Shown piece after piece: positions 38,130-46,041 of a stretch of DNA of 64,000 nucleotides. Position 1 is the first letter of the stretch, and every line of letters starts with the position of its first letter. The stretch is from IMG/VR virus record IMGVR_UViG_3300046727_000499. One strand, written 5' to 3'. The position numbers were made by a program, and so were the translations under genes. The DNA comes from an uncultured virus (IMG/VR IMGVR_UViG_3300046727_000499) (Duplodnaviria; Heunggongvirae; Uroviricota; Caudoviricetes). The notes under the pieces were generated by a model. It saw nothing but the letters and a program-made list of their open reading frames with translations, was not told the DNA's origin and searched no databases.

Positions 38130-38227
38130 CATCCGCGAACCGGCTCGCCGCTGAGAAGGTGGGACGGGATTGGATCGTGTCTGACGACGAGACGAACGGG
38201 GGCGGCGCGTGTAGCCGCCTCCACTGA
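38130..38227 (+). pseudogene. Remnant of small HTH gene
   Basis: LAAEKVGRDWIVS matches LHAEKVGRDWVVS of 2933-3130 but the N-terminal HTH is missing. Confidence 0.5.
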
Positions 38228-38245
38228 ACTATAGAGGAGTACACC

Positions 38246-38419
38246 ATGACGACGAAAATAGCGATGGGCGCGGCGGAAAAGGTGTGGTTCTGTCAGTCAT
38301 GTGAGGAAGTGATCGAAGATCCCGTGACGCTCTATCAGTGCGGCGAGTGCGGCACGGTGTTCAGTCGGGATACGAGCGCGAATGGCACTTCGCCGGCGCC
38401 CCCACGGACGTGCCGATGA
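38246..38419 (+). CDS. Small Zn-ribbon protein
   Basis: GAGGAG SD; CQSC and CGEC; read by hand. Confidence 0.5.
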   Translation: MTTKIAMGAAEKVWFCQSCEEVIEDPVTLYQCGECGTVFSRDTSANGTSPAPPRTCR

Positions 38420-38667
38420 CGATCGCCATGCAGGGCATCCACGTCCCGGATGATGCCTGGGAGTGCCGGCAGTACATGCCGGATACAACCGCTCCCTATC
38501 ACTCCGACCGGCAAACGATCCGCGACGCGATGGAAGCGGGACGGGTACCGCCCTCCTTCGAGCGGCTCCTCGACGACGCGACGCATGCGGGCATCCTGCG
38601 GGTGAAGGAGTGCGCGGAGATCATCCGCTCCGGCGCCGGAGCGGCCTGCATGGCGGCAACGCCATGA
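38416..38667 (+). CDS. Hypothetical protein
   Basis: ATGA coupling on both sides. Confidence 0.45.
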   Translation: MTIAMQGIHVPDDAWECRQYMPDTTAPYHSDRQTIRDAMEAGRVPPSFERLLDDATHAGILRVKECAEIIRSGAGAACMAATP

Positions 38668-39113
38668 CATACGACTACATGATGACCTTCCACTACACGC
38701 GCCTCGACAAACCCCGCGCGGATGGCGTGAACGTCTCGCTCTGGCCGAATCAGTACATCCACGCCACGAGCGACCGGGAGGCGCTGCGGAACGCCATCGA
38801 CTATTGCACCGAGCACCACCTGCGACTGCGCGGCCTGTACTACCTGAAACCTGTCCCATTCACGGAGATGCCCGAAGAGAACCGCGCCGAGATGCGCTAC
38901 ATCTGCCAGCCGGTCGGCACGCGGACAGGCCACGGGCCGTGGAGCGACGACTTCGCCGCATACACGCTCGCAGGCGCACGCTGCCTGTGGCCGCCGACAG
39001 ACCTCTATCCGAAGGGCACATTCCACTGGCCGAATCGCTCGTGGAATCCATGGGTGCTCTTCGGGACGCGGGATGCGGACGGCACGGTGACACGCTTCGA
39101 AGGTGCGCCGTGA
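38664..39113 (+). CDS. Hypothetical protein
   Basis: ATGA coupling, coding-like codon usage. Confidence 0.55.
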   Translation: MTYDYMMTFHYTRLDKPRADGVNVSLWPNQYIHATSDREALRNAIDYCTEHHLRLRGLYYLKPVPFTEMPEENRAEMRYICQPVGTRTGHGPWSDDFAAYTLAGARCLWPPTDLYPKGTFHWPNRSWNPWVLFGTRDADGTVTRFEGAP

Positions 39114-39343
39114 CCTACTTCGTCCGCACCTTCCGCGCCGATCCCGGCTGCACCTACGGCACGGTGATCGACCGCACGCCCTACGAGCGGCACACCGAGG
39201 CCCGCACGGTCTATGACCGGGAAGCGTGGTACGTCATCGCCGCTGCATCCGGGGACCGGTGGCCGGCCGTCAAAGCCAAAGGAATCAACACCATGACCCG
39301 CATCACCAAACGCGAACATGCCACCCTATTCGACACCCCATGA
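39110..39343 (+). CDS. Hypothetical protein
   Basis: GTGA coupling. Confidence 0.5.
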   Translation: MTYFVRTFRADPGCTYGTVIDRTPYERHTEARTVYDREAWYVIAAASGDRWPAVKAKGINTMTRITKREHATLFDTP

Positions 39344-39435
39344 TCGACGTCGCCGCCCTGGAAGCGGAAATCGCCCTCCTGCAAGGGATTCTGGTCTCGC
39401 GCGGCATCCCGTACGATAGTTAGCCCGGGGCTATG

Positions 39436-39463
39436 CTGTCCAATAAACGATCTTATGCGACAA
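39436..39463 (-). other. dif-like (Xer-type) recombination site
   Basis: TTGTCGCATAA-GATCGT-TTATTGGACAG: 11-6-11 imperfect inverted repeat with inner ATAA/TTAT. Confidence 0.6.
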
Positions 39464-39574
39464 GAACTGACCTGTTCTACGGTTTGTTCTGCGGTTTTTC
39501 TAGAACACGCACCCGAAAACGCGCCTGCTGAGCGTCTCGACCGGGAGCATCCATGCCTGTTCTAAATCCGCCCG

Positions 39575-40150
39575 TCATCGCTTGCTTCCCTTGAAGAGTC
39601 GGCGCTGCTCCTCGAGCGTCAGTGACCGACCGCGGATCTCCTCAAGATTCGCGCGCGGGGAGACAATCCCCTGCGTAGTCTCTGATGTAGTCTCTGATGT
39701 AGTCTCTGATGTAGTCTCTGAATTAGCGTGGCGGTTTCCGCCATTCTTGTCTGGCGCTTTTGGACATTCAAGGATGGCGCTTTCCGCCATTACAGGATGG
39801 CGCTTTCCGCCATCCTTGGATGCGAGGTAATCGTCAACGGCATCGTTGAGTCGCTCCAGATTGACGCGATAGTAGAGCCGGGCCGGCGTACCGCGTTTGA
39901 CCTCTTCGAGGAACTGGCGGTCCTTGAGCACCTTCCGCGCCGTCTCCTGCTCTCGCCGCGACAGTCCCGTCTCCTCGGTCAACTCATCCTGCGTCTTGTA
40001 AATCCAGCCATCGGCGTCTTGCTGCCTGCCCGTCCATTGCACGAGGTTGCAGATGAAGACGCCCGCCGTGAGCGCGCCTGTGATCTGGGTCAGTTCCGGT
40101 TGGTAATAGATCGGGCGGCCGAGGCCGGTGAGGAAATCAGAGAATCTCAT
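39575..40150 (-). CDS. Replication initiator-like winged-helix protein with internal iterons
   Basis: P.L..ITG...AG.F...L..W, GWIYKT..EL.EETGLSR.EQETARK.L, G.PA.LYYRVN. Confidence 0.8.
   Translation of the reverse strand: MRFSDFLTGLGRPIYYQPELTQITGALTAGVFICNLVQWTGRQQDADGWIYKTQDELTEETGLSRREQETARKVLKDRQFLEEVKRGTPARLYYRVNLERLNDAVDDYLASKDGGKRHPVMAESAILECPKAPDKNGGNRHANSETTSETTSETTSETTQGIVSPRANLEEIRGRSLTLEEQRRLFKGSKR
39675..39813. repeat. Iterons and ETTS tandem repeat in Rep gene
   Basis: Three TGGCG[C/G]TTTCCGCCAT copies; GTAGTCTCTGAT x4. Confidence 0.75.
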
Positions 40151-40409
40151 CAGCGACCTCCCGCTCGAGGCGCAGATGGCATGGGCTGCAGAGCGGGATG
40201 AGGTTATCGACTTCGTATCGACCGCCTCGCGCGCCGCTCAGGAGGCGAAGCAGATGGTGCCGATGCGTTGTGCGCCACTCTTCGACGCCGCACCGCGCGC
40301 ACCGTCCTTGCCAGCGATACAGGACTTCCCCGCGCGTCTGAGCGCTCGGTCTCAGGGCTTGCCGTGTGAGACTATCTGTTTCATCGAGGGAATACCGTGA
40401 TATACTCAT
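40137..40409 (-). CDS. HNH endonuclease
   Basis: CARCG...HH.......GG....DNLIPLC.PCH. Confidence 0.8.
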   Translation of the reverse strand: MSISRYSLDETDSLTRQALRPSAQTRGEVLYRWQGRCARCGVEEWRTTHRHHLLRLLSGARGGRYEVDNLIPLCSPCHLRLEREVADEIL

Positions 40410-40492
40410 GGTGCCGCGCCTCCACAGTAGGTGCTGCCATGTCCTCGAGCCGCGACAACGGCGTCGGGGACTTCTCATTTCGTCCGCGTATT

Positions 40493-40876
40493 CTACCCGA
40501 GCCGGAGCAGGCGCCGCAACCAGTTGCGCTTCTCTGGGGTGTCGCGAGGTGCTGCGGCCGGCAGCGGTGCTGCGGTGCTGCGCATCGCTGCGAGCTCGCT
40601 GCGCAGCGCCTGGATCTCATCGCGGAGATCCTTGGCCCACGCAGGGGTGTCCTCGGGGTGCAGCGGGTGTTGCACCGCAGCGGTGTTGCGAGGAGCAGCG
40701 GGCGCCGCGAGGCGGTAGAAGGCGCGACCGTCAATCAGTTGCCGCTCCGCCGTTCCCGCGCTCACCCATTGCTGGACCGTCCGCTCGCTGCGCCCGACCA
40801 TGGACATGAACGTCGCCTTATCCATCCACGGACGCTCATCCTCCGATCTTTTCGATTCGTTTCCATTCGTTTCCAT
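40493..40876 (-). CDS. Par-like protein (HTH + coiled coil + amphipathic C-terminus)
   Basis: VGRSERTVQQWV HTH, LRDEIQALRSEL coil, terminal NWLRRLLRLG; TTCGTTTCCA repeats at the 5' end. Confidence 0.6.
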   Translation of the reverse strand: METNGNESKRSEDERPWMDKATFMSMVGRSERTVQQWVSAGTAERQLIDGRAFYRLAAPAAPRNTAAVQHPLHPEDTPAWAKDLRDEIQALRSELAAMRSTAAPLPAAAPRDTPEKRNWLRRLLRLG

Positions 40877-41061
40877 TCGTTTCCCGCGCTCCGGCCTCTA
40901 TACATAATGCGTAGATGTTGTAATATCTTGCGTGTGTATGATCGCGTACACAGAGGTACCTGGCATGGGGCCGACGTTGGCCACAGCCGGCGTCACGCGC
41001 CCCCGGAGGAATGAGGCCGTGATGAATCATGGTGCGCGACCTGATGCCATTCCTTGTGACG

Positions 41062-41598
41062 TTAGCGTTGCCCAACTGCGGATCGTTCGCGAGGCCCGCC
41101 GGCGTCGCCGTTTACGGACGGTGCCGGCGATTCCGCCCCCGGCATTCCCACCCGAGTTGTTTGTCCGCCACCTCTTTCGACCGCCGGCGCACCCATACGA
41201 ATCGCCCAGTCCTTCACCGCCCAAGCCAGATCGGCAATGAGTTGCACGTCGGCCTCGGAGCCGAGCGGTGGCAACTGATCCGCCAGCATCTGCACGTAGG
41301 GGTTGATGTAGAGATCCGGGTCGAGTTGGCTGAGGTCGAGTTCCGTGAGGAATCCGGCCGCCAGCAGCAGCCGGGGCATGGGAATATGCAACGCATCTGA
41401 CCAGGCCCGTAGGTCACCGGGCGTCACGCCGACGACCTCGCCGCGTTCCCATTTACTGACATGCGACTGCGACATGCCGAGCACGTCCGCGGCCTGATCC
41501 TGGCTCGGGTAGCGCCGCTTCCGTTCTCCCTTCAAGAAGCGACCGAACTTCAGCCGCAGTTCCGCGTCGCGTGCGTCCCGCTCTGTCCGTACGTCCAT
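41062..41598 (-). CDS. XRE-family repressor, unit C (no peptidase domain)
   Basis: SQDQAADVLGMSQSHVSKWERG; divergent from early operon. Confidence 0.85.
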   Translation of the reverse strand: MDVRTERDARDAELRLKFGRFLKGERKRRYPSQDQAADVLGMSQSHVSKWERGEVVGVTPGDLRAWSDALHIPMPRLLLAAGFLTELDLSQLDPDLYINPYVQMLADQLPPLGSEADVQLIADLAWAVKDWAIRMGAPAVERGGGQTTRVGMPGAESPAPSVNGDAGGPRERSAVGQR

Positions 41599-41650
41599 GT
41601 ATCTTCCCCTTCCTTCCCCACCGTCCACAGAATAACTACAAATGCGCGTA

Positions 41651-41679
41651 TTGACAAACGCAAAAACGCCTACTACAAT
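41651..41679 (+). promoter_or_regulatory. Early rightward promoter, unit C
   Basis: TTGACA-N17-TACAAT. Confidence 0.7.
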
Positions 41680-41698
41680 CGGTGGTAGGAGGTGCCAC

Positions 41699-41941
41699 AT
41701 GGAACCGAAACGCCGCGGGCGCCCGCGGATTGGTCAGCTTGCGACATTCACGGTCAGGCCGGAGCAAAAGGCGCAGATTGAGGGGCTGGCAAAGCTCTGG
41801 GACGTGAATCAATCGTGGGTTTTTCGTTATTGCCTCGATCAAATATTACCGTCGCTTAGCACGAATCCACCTAATCCCTTTGCCACTGATCGTGGTGATA
41901 TGGCGATCGGGTTGAAGCACGAATGTCAGGAGGTCGCATAA
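41699..41941 (+). CDS. Ribbon-helix-helix (Arc/CopG-like) regulator in the Cro position
   Basis: RGRP...ATFTV.PEQ..QIE.LA......QS.VFR..L. Confidence 0.65.
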   Translation: MEPKRRGRPRIGQLATFTVRPEQKAQIEGLAKLWDVNQSWVFRYCLDQILPSLSTNPPNPFATDRGDMAIGLKHECQEVA

Positions 41942-42008
41942 CGATGCCTGAGATCGCAGCCGCGGGTATCCCCACCATTGTTGCCTACCTCACGGCGCCA
42001 CGCGCGGA

Positions 42009-42063
42009 TGAAGAAGCGTTTGCCAAGAAGCGCACTGCACGCTCTCGTGCAAACGCTTCTTCA
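42009..42063 (-). mobile_element. Hairpin element copy 5
   Basis: Minus strand TGAAGAAGCGTT-TGCACGAGAGCG-tgcagtg-CGCTTCTTGGCA-AACGCTTCTTCA. Confidence 0.8.
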
Positions 42064-42120
42064 GCTATCGGTCACGAGGGTATGCCAGACGCATGCTTGA
42101 CCGACGCATCTTTTTACATT

Positions 42121-42175
42121 TTGGATCACCCGATGCCGTGTACAGCCGAACTGTCACATGCATCGGGTGATCCAA
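42121..42175 (-). mobile_element. Hairpin element copy 6
   Basis: Minus strand TTGGATCACCCGA-TGCATGTGACAG-ttcgg-CTGTACACGGCA-TCGGGTGATCCAA. Confidence 0.9.
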
Positions 42176-42199
42176 CTCCCGCGAGAGGGGGTGAGGGGG

Positions 42200-42458
42200 A
42201 TGGACGGGAAACTGATCCGCGAGGGCGACCTGGTGGACCAGCTGATGGACTTCAACGCGCGGCTGATGCAGCGCAACCGGGAGGACCAGCGCGCGCTTTG
42301 GATCACCCGATGCCGTGTACAGCCGAACTGTCACATGCATCGGGTGATCCAAACGACGACTGACCGAGTTGGCGCTCGCACTCGAACAGCGCCGGCGCAA
42401 ACACGCGCCAATCGACATGCCGACAGCAGACGGGCAAACGTCTGAGGCGGCGGAGTGA
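42200..42458 (+). pseudogene. Early gene frameshifted by hairpin element copy 7
   Basis: Similarity to 6795-6971 continues in another frame after the 55-bp element. Confidence 0.6.
42298..42352 (-). mobile_element. Hairpin element copy 7 (identical to copy 6)
   Basis: Same 55-mer as 42121-42175 with unrelated flanks. Confidence 0.9.
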
Positions 42459-42486
42459 ACTGGATCCTGCTTAGGAGATTGTACAC

Positions 42487-42750
42487 ATGGAATCATCAAT
42501 GGTCAAGGAATCAATGGGAAGCCCTTTGCATGTGACCGCAGAGGACGGTACACGGCAAAGGGCTTCCCACCCTCCTGTCGTCATGGCGGACGAATCGGCA
42601 TGGGTGCGGCTGCTCGCCCCGCGGAGCCCACAGGAGGCAGCGATGGCGCAGCGGATTGCCGTGGCGTCGCGGCACATCTGGGCATTCCGCCTTCGTCTCA
42701 CGGTGGAGGAGCGCATGGCGTGGTATCGCGCATGGGGGTGGCAGGAATGA
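42487..42750 (+). CDS. Hypothetical protein (reads through element copy 8)
   Basis: AGGAG SD; ATGA overlap with next gene; start uncertain. Confidence 0.45.
   Translation: MESSMVKESMGSPLHVTAEDGTRQRASHPPVVMADESAWVRLLAPRSPQEAAMAQRIAVASRHIWAFRLRLTVEERMAWYRAWGWQE
42515..42569 (+). mobile_element. Hairpin element copy 8
   Basis: TGGGAAGCCCTT-TGCATGTGACCG-cagagga-CGGTACACGGCA-AAGGGCTTCCCA. Confidence 0.9.
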
Positions 42751-43388
42751 GTCGGAAAGAGCCCGCGCGTCCGACGCATGAGGACGCGAAAGCGATCCGC
42801 CGGGCCGTCGCGTATCTGGAGAAGCTTGGCCGCCTGGACGAACTCCAGCGCGCGGTGATGGCGGATGTCGCGGACATCCTCGACGAGGCGCTCACGAGCG
42901 GAGCGGTGATCCGGATCCGCATCCTGAATCAGGGGACGCCACCGAGCGAGAGGAAGCGACAGGCGGCGCGGGCCACGCTGGTCAAGGCGCGCGCCAGGAA
43001 GTTCGTCTACGCGGCGCCCGAGTGGACGTCGGAGGAGAACGTGCTCTTCCGCCACCTGTGGGCGGAGACGGACACGCCAACCGGGGTGATTGCCGACCGT
43101 TTCGGGCGCACGCCGACCGCGGTACAGAATCATGCGACGGAGCTGGGCGTGCGTCGATCTCCGGGCTATCTGGCACGCACGACGCCACTCGGTCGCGCGC
43201 GTCTGGTGATCGCGCGGCGGCGGGCGCAGGAGCAGTTGGCACAACGGAATTTGGAAAGCCCTTTGCACGAGAGCGTGGAGTGCGCTTCATCCTTCTCCGC
43301 TTGCCGCGAACCGTCTCTGTGCGGTCTCGTGCAAGCGGAGAAGGATCGGCAAAGGGCTTTCCAACAGGAACTGGTGGAAGTGATATGA
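42747..43388 (+). CDS. DNA-binding protein with 38-aa element-derived insertion
   Basis: Homolog of 11070-11615. Confidence 0.65.
   Translation: MSRKEPARPTHEDAKAIRRAVAYLEKLGRLDELQRAVMADVADILDEALTSGAVIRIRILNQGTPPSERKRQAARATLVKARARKFVYAAPEWTSEENVLFRHLWAETDTPTGVIADRFGRTPTAVQNHATELGVRRSPGYLARTTPLGRARLVIARRRAQEQLAQRNLESPLHESVECASSFSACREPSLCGLVQAEKDRQRAFQQELVEVI
43251..43364 (+). mobile_element. Hairpin element copy 9 (outer, interrupted)
   Basis: TTGGAAAGCCCTT-TGCACGAGAGCG-tggagtg-CGCTTC[insert]TCGGCA-AAGGGCTTTCCAA. Confidence 0.85.
43289..43346 (-). mobile_element. Hairpin element copy 10 (nested inside copy 9)
   Basis: Minus strand ATCCTTCTCCGCT-TGCACGAGACCG-cacagaga-CGGTTCGCGGCA-AGCGGAGAAGGAT. 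Confidence 0.85.
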
Positions 43389-44383
43389 CAACAACGTCGA
43401 CCCGGTCGGTGACCATCCGACCGGAACTGGAGATCAGCTCAGAGGAGCGGTTCTCGCACGAGGACATCGAACTGATGCGCGCCACGATCTGCAAGGGCGC
43501 GAGCGATGCGGAGTTCCGGCTGTTCCTGAACCAATGCGTGCGCACGGGGCTGGATCCGTTGGCACAGCAGATCTACAGCGTGCCGCGCGACGGTGGGCGC
43601 GTGATCCAGGTGGCGATTGACGGCTATCGGCTGGTCGCGCAGCGCACGGGCGCCTACGCGGGCAATGACGAACCGACGTTCGACACCGAGGAGGGCGAGC
43701 ATCCGAACATCGCCCGCGTGACCGTCTGGCGGCTCGTGGATGGTGAACCGCGTTCGTTCACGGGGATCGCGCGGTGGCAGGAGTTCAAGCCGCCGCCCCG
43801 CCAGGACATGATGTGGCTGAAGATGCCGTGGCACATGCTGGCAATGGCCGCGGAACGGCAGGCGCTGCGGAAGGCGTTCCCGCAGGAACTGGCCGGGCTG
43901 GAAACGAGCGACGATCCGCCGGTTGAAGGCCCTCATGCCGCGTACCGCCAAGACGGTCACGTGCATGAGGGCCTTCAAGAGGCGACACCGGCGCGCGTCA
44001 TCCGCACCGCGCCACCGCCGCAGCCGATCGCCCGGCCCCGCGCAGGTGGTTCCTCACGGTCACAACTCCGTGAAACAGTCGCGAACGCTGCACGGACCGC
44101 GATCAAGGCGACCATCGCCCCGATTGGTTCACCCGATGCACGTGACCGTGCAGTGCGGTACGCGGCATCGGGTGAACCAATACCGGCGGGACCGGATGAA
44201 GAAGACGCAGTGCTGCGGGACGAACTGCGCGAGCTGGGCACGCGCGGGTTCGACCTCGACAAGTTCCTGACGGGGCGAAACAAGGAACTGGACGACCTGA
44301 CGCGCGGGGAGCTGGAGGGGATCCTGCCGAACGCGCGAGCGGTGGTGGCGAAGCGGGTGGAGCGGCTGACGCAGCAGGCATAA
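43385..44383 (+). CDS. bet: Bet/RecT-family protein with two element-derived segments
   Basis: Homolog of 7409-8299. Confidence 0.9.
   Translation: MTTTSTRSVTIRPELEISSEERFSHEDIELMRATICKGASDAEFRLFLNQCVRTGLDPLAQQIYSVPRDGGRVIQVAIDGYRLVAQRTGAYAGNDEPTFDTEEGEHPNIARVTVWRLVDGEPRSFTGIARWQEFKPPPRQDMMWLKMPWHMLAMAAERQALRKAFPQELAGLETSDDPPVEGPHAAYRQDGHVHEGLQEATPARVIRTAPPPQPIARPRAGGSSRSQLRETVANAARTAIKATIAPIGSPDARDRAVRYAASGEPIPAGPDEEDAVLRDELRELGTRGFDLDKFLTGRNKELDDLTRGELEGILPNARAVVAKRVERLTQQA
43923..43978 (-). mobile_element. Hairpin element copy 11
   Basis: Minus strand TTGAAGGCCCTCA-TGCACGTGACCG-tcttgg-CGGTACGCGGCA-TGAGGGCCTTCAA. Confidence 0.85.
44123..44181 (+). mobile_element. Hairpin element copy 12
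   Basis: ATTGGTTCACCCGA-TGCACGTGACCG-tgcagtg-CGGTACGCGGCA-TCGGGTGAACCAAT; empty site in unit B bet. Confidence 0.9.
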
Positions 44384-44444
44384 CAGGTCAGAGTTGGGCG
44401 GGTGCGGCAGCGCGCCCGCTTTTGTATCGGAGAGGGAGGCAGCG

Positions 44445-44930
44445 ATGGACACGCGACCATACGGCACGATCCCGAGTGACGAAGACTTCGCGGACACCGA
44501 TTGGCTGTCCGCGGCGGACCTTGAAGCGATCGCGGATCGGCTGATCGAGACGAAACCCGACCTGCAGCATCTGTACGACTTCAAGACGGTTTATTTCTGG
44601 AAGCGTTCGGGGGGCGTGACGGGCGGGCAGGCGACGATGGGGAAGTGCCGCCGCGTCTCAGGCGATCTGAAAGCGATGGCGCCGGGCGCCGACTTCATGG
44701 TCTGGCTCGCGGCGGATCATTGTCGGGAACAGGAGATCACCGTCTATCAGGCGGAAGCCTATGTGTTTCACGAACTGATGCACACAGCACAGGACGACAA
44801 GGGCAGGCCGCGCATCCGGCCGCACGACTTCGTGGGTTTCGCCGCGGAAGTCAGAGAGTTTGGACTCTACGACCAGATGCTCCAGGCCGCCGGTGTTGCC
44901 TTCCAACAGTTGGCTTTGGTGCCTGCGTAA
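44445..44930 (+). CDS. Putative phage metallopeptidase
   Basis: HELMH; homolog of 8356-8841. Confidence 0.8.
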   Translation: MDTRPYGTIPSDEDFADTDWLSAADLEAIADRLIETKPDLQHLYDFKTVYFWKRSGGVTGGQATMGKCRRVSGDLKAMAPGADFMVWLAADHCREQEITVYQAEAYVFHELMHTAQDDKGRPRIRPHDFVGFAAEVREFGLYDQMLQAAGVAFQQLALVPA

Positions 44931-44933
44931 CGG

Positions 44934-44989
44934 CTGGGAAAGGGTTTGCCGTGTCGAGTACCGGCTCGCACACGCAAACCCTTTCCCAG
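44934..44989 (-). mobile_element. Hairpin element copy 13
   Basis: Minus strand CTGGGAAAGGGTT-TGCGTGTGCGAG-ccggta-CTCGACACGGCA-AACCCTTTCCCAG. Confidence 0.85.
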
Positions 44990-45015
44990 AATGTGCCCGC
45001 TTGTGTATCGGGTCA

Positions 45016-45071
45016 TCGGTTGACCCGTTGCCGTGTACGGCCGGCACCGTCACACGCAACGGGTCAACCGA
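45016..45071 (-). mobile_element. Hairpin element copy 14
   Basis: Minus strand TCGGTTGACCCGT-TGCGTGTGACGG-tgccgg-CCGTACACGGCA-ACGGGTCAACCGA. Confidence 0.9.
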
Positions 45072-45090
45072 ACCAAGGACGGGGGCGCCG

Positions 45091-46041
45091 ATGGCGCGGT
45101 TGCCATGGTTTCGGATGTGGTCGGAGGCACGAAACGATGCGAAGTTGCGTCGGCTGGATGATGCGGAGTTCCGTGTCTGGTTCAATCTGCTGTGCTTCGC
45201 AGCCGAGCAGGAAGAGCGCGGTCACATCGCCCGGAGCGACGCGTTTCTCCTGGCCGTTGAAGTGTGCAACGGCGATGTCCCACTGCTGAAACGCGCGGTG
45301 GCGTTACTGGCGTTACATCATCTCGTCCGTGCGGAATGGTGCATTGAGGCGGAGCAGGATGCGGTCACGATCACGTTCGCAAGTTGGGATCGCCGCCAAT
45401 ATGACAAACCGTCCGACCGGCCAGAAGCCGTTGCAGAGCGGGTAAAACGGCATCGCGCGAAAAATGAAACGCCTCGTAACGCGGCTGAAACGCGCGAAAA
45501 CGCGCGTAACGCTGAGATTAGATTAAGAGAAGAGAAGAAGAGAGAAGAGAAGAGACCTCCCATAGACATACCCGGTCCCCGCGCGCCCGCACCCGCGCCC
45601 GCACGCACACCTGCGCGCGAGGCGCCGCCTGCTCCGGTGGCTGCGGTTGTGAATGCGCTGACCCAGGCACTTGCGTATGACGAGGATGCCCGGCTCTCGG
45701 CGAAGGAACACGATCGGCTCGTGGCATCGGCGACGGAGATCCTCGGCGCGGGCGGCACGCCGGAGGATGTGCCGGTCCGGGCGGAACGCTACGCCCGGAA
45801 GTACCCATCGATCGCGGTGACGCACGGCGGCCTGGCGGGGCACTGGGGCGAGTTGGCGGTCGAGCCACCGGCACGTGCCCCGCCGAATGGACGTGGTGCC
45901 CCGGTCACGTTCACGCGACAAATCGAGACGAATAACGCGGCCGCATCCGAGGAATTTCTCGCCGTCATGGAAGGCGCGGCACATGGATCATCTGCAGTTC
46001 AACGGCCAAATGAACCGCCTCGCGGCCGCCTACCGGATTGA
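45091..46041 (+). CDS. Lytic replication initiator, unit C (different family from unit B)
   Basis: WFRM.SE..ND.KLRRL...WF.LLC.A; W...Q...S......ERV.RHR; GAAACGC/GTAACGC repeats at ~45465-45512. Confidence 0.8.
   Translation: MARLPWFRMWSEARNDAKLRRLDDAEFRVWFNLLCFAAEQEERGHIARSDAFLLAVEVCNGDVPLLKRAVALLALHHLVRAEWCIEAEQDAVTITFASWDRRQYDKPSDRPEAVAERVKRHRAKNETPRNAAETRENARNAEIRLREEKKREEKRPPIDIPGPRAPAPAPARTPAREAPPAPVAAVVNALTQALAYDEDARLSAKEHDRLVASATEILGAGGTPEDVPVRAERYARKYPSIAVTHGGLAGHWGELAVEPPARAPPNGRGAPVTFTRQIETNNAAASEEFLAVMEGAAHGSSAVQRPNEPPRGRLPD

Noticed and set aside
41944..42363. ORF with repeated LDHPMPCTAELSHASGDP peptide
   Set aside because: The repeat is just translation of two identical hairpin elements; there is no independent evidence of coding
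42009..42569. CRISPR array suggested by closely spaced palindromic repeats
   Set aside because: Only two repeats are identical, they are 55 bp long, spacing is irregular, orientation is mixed and no cas genes are present
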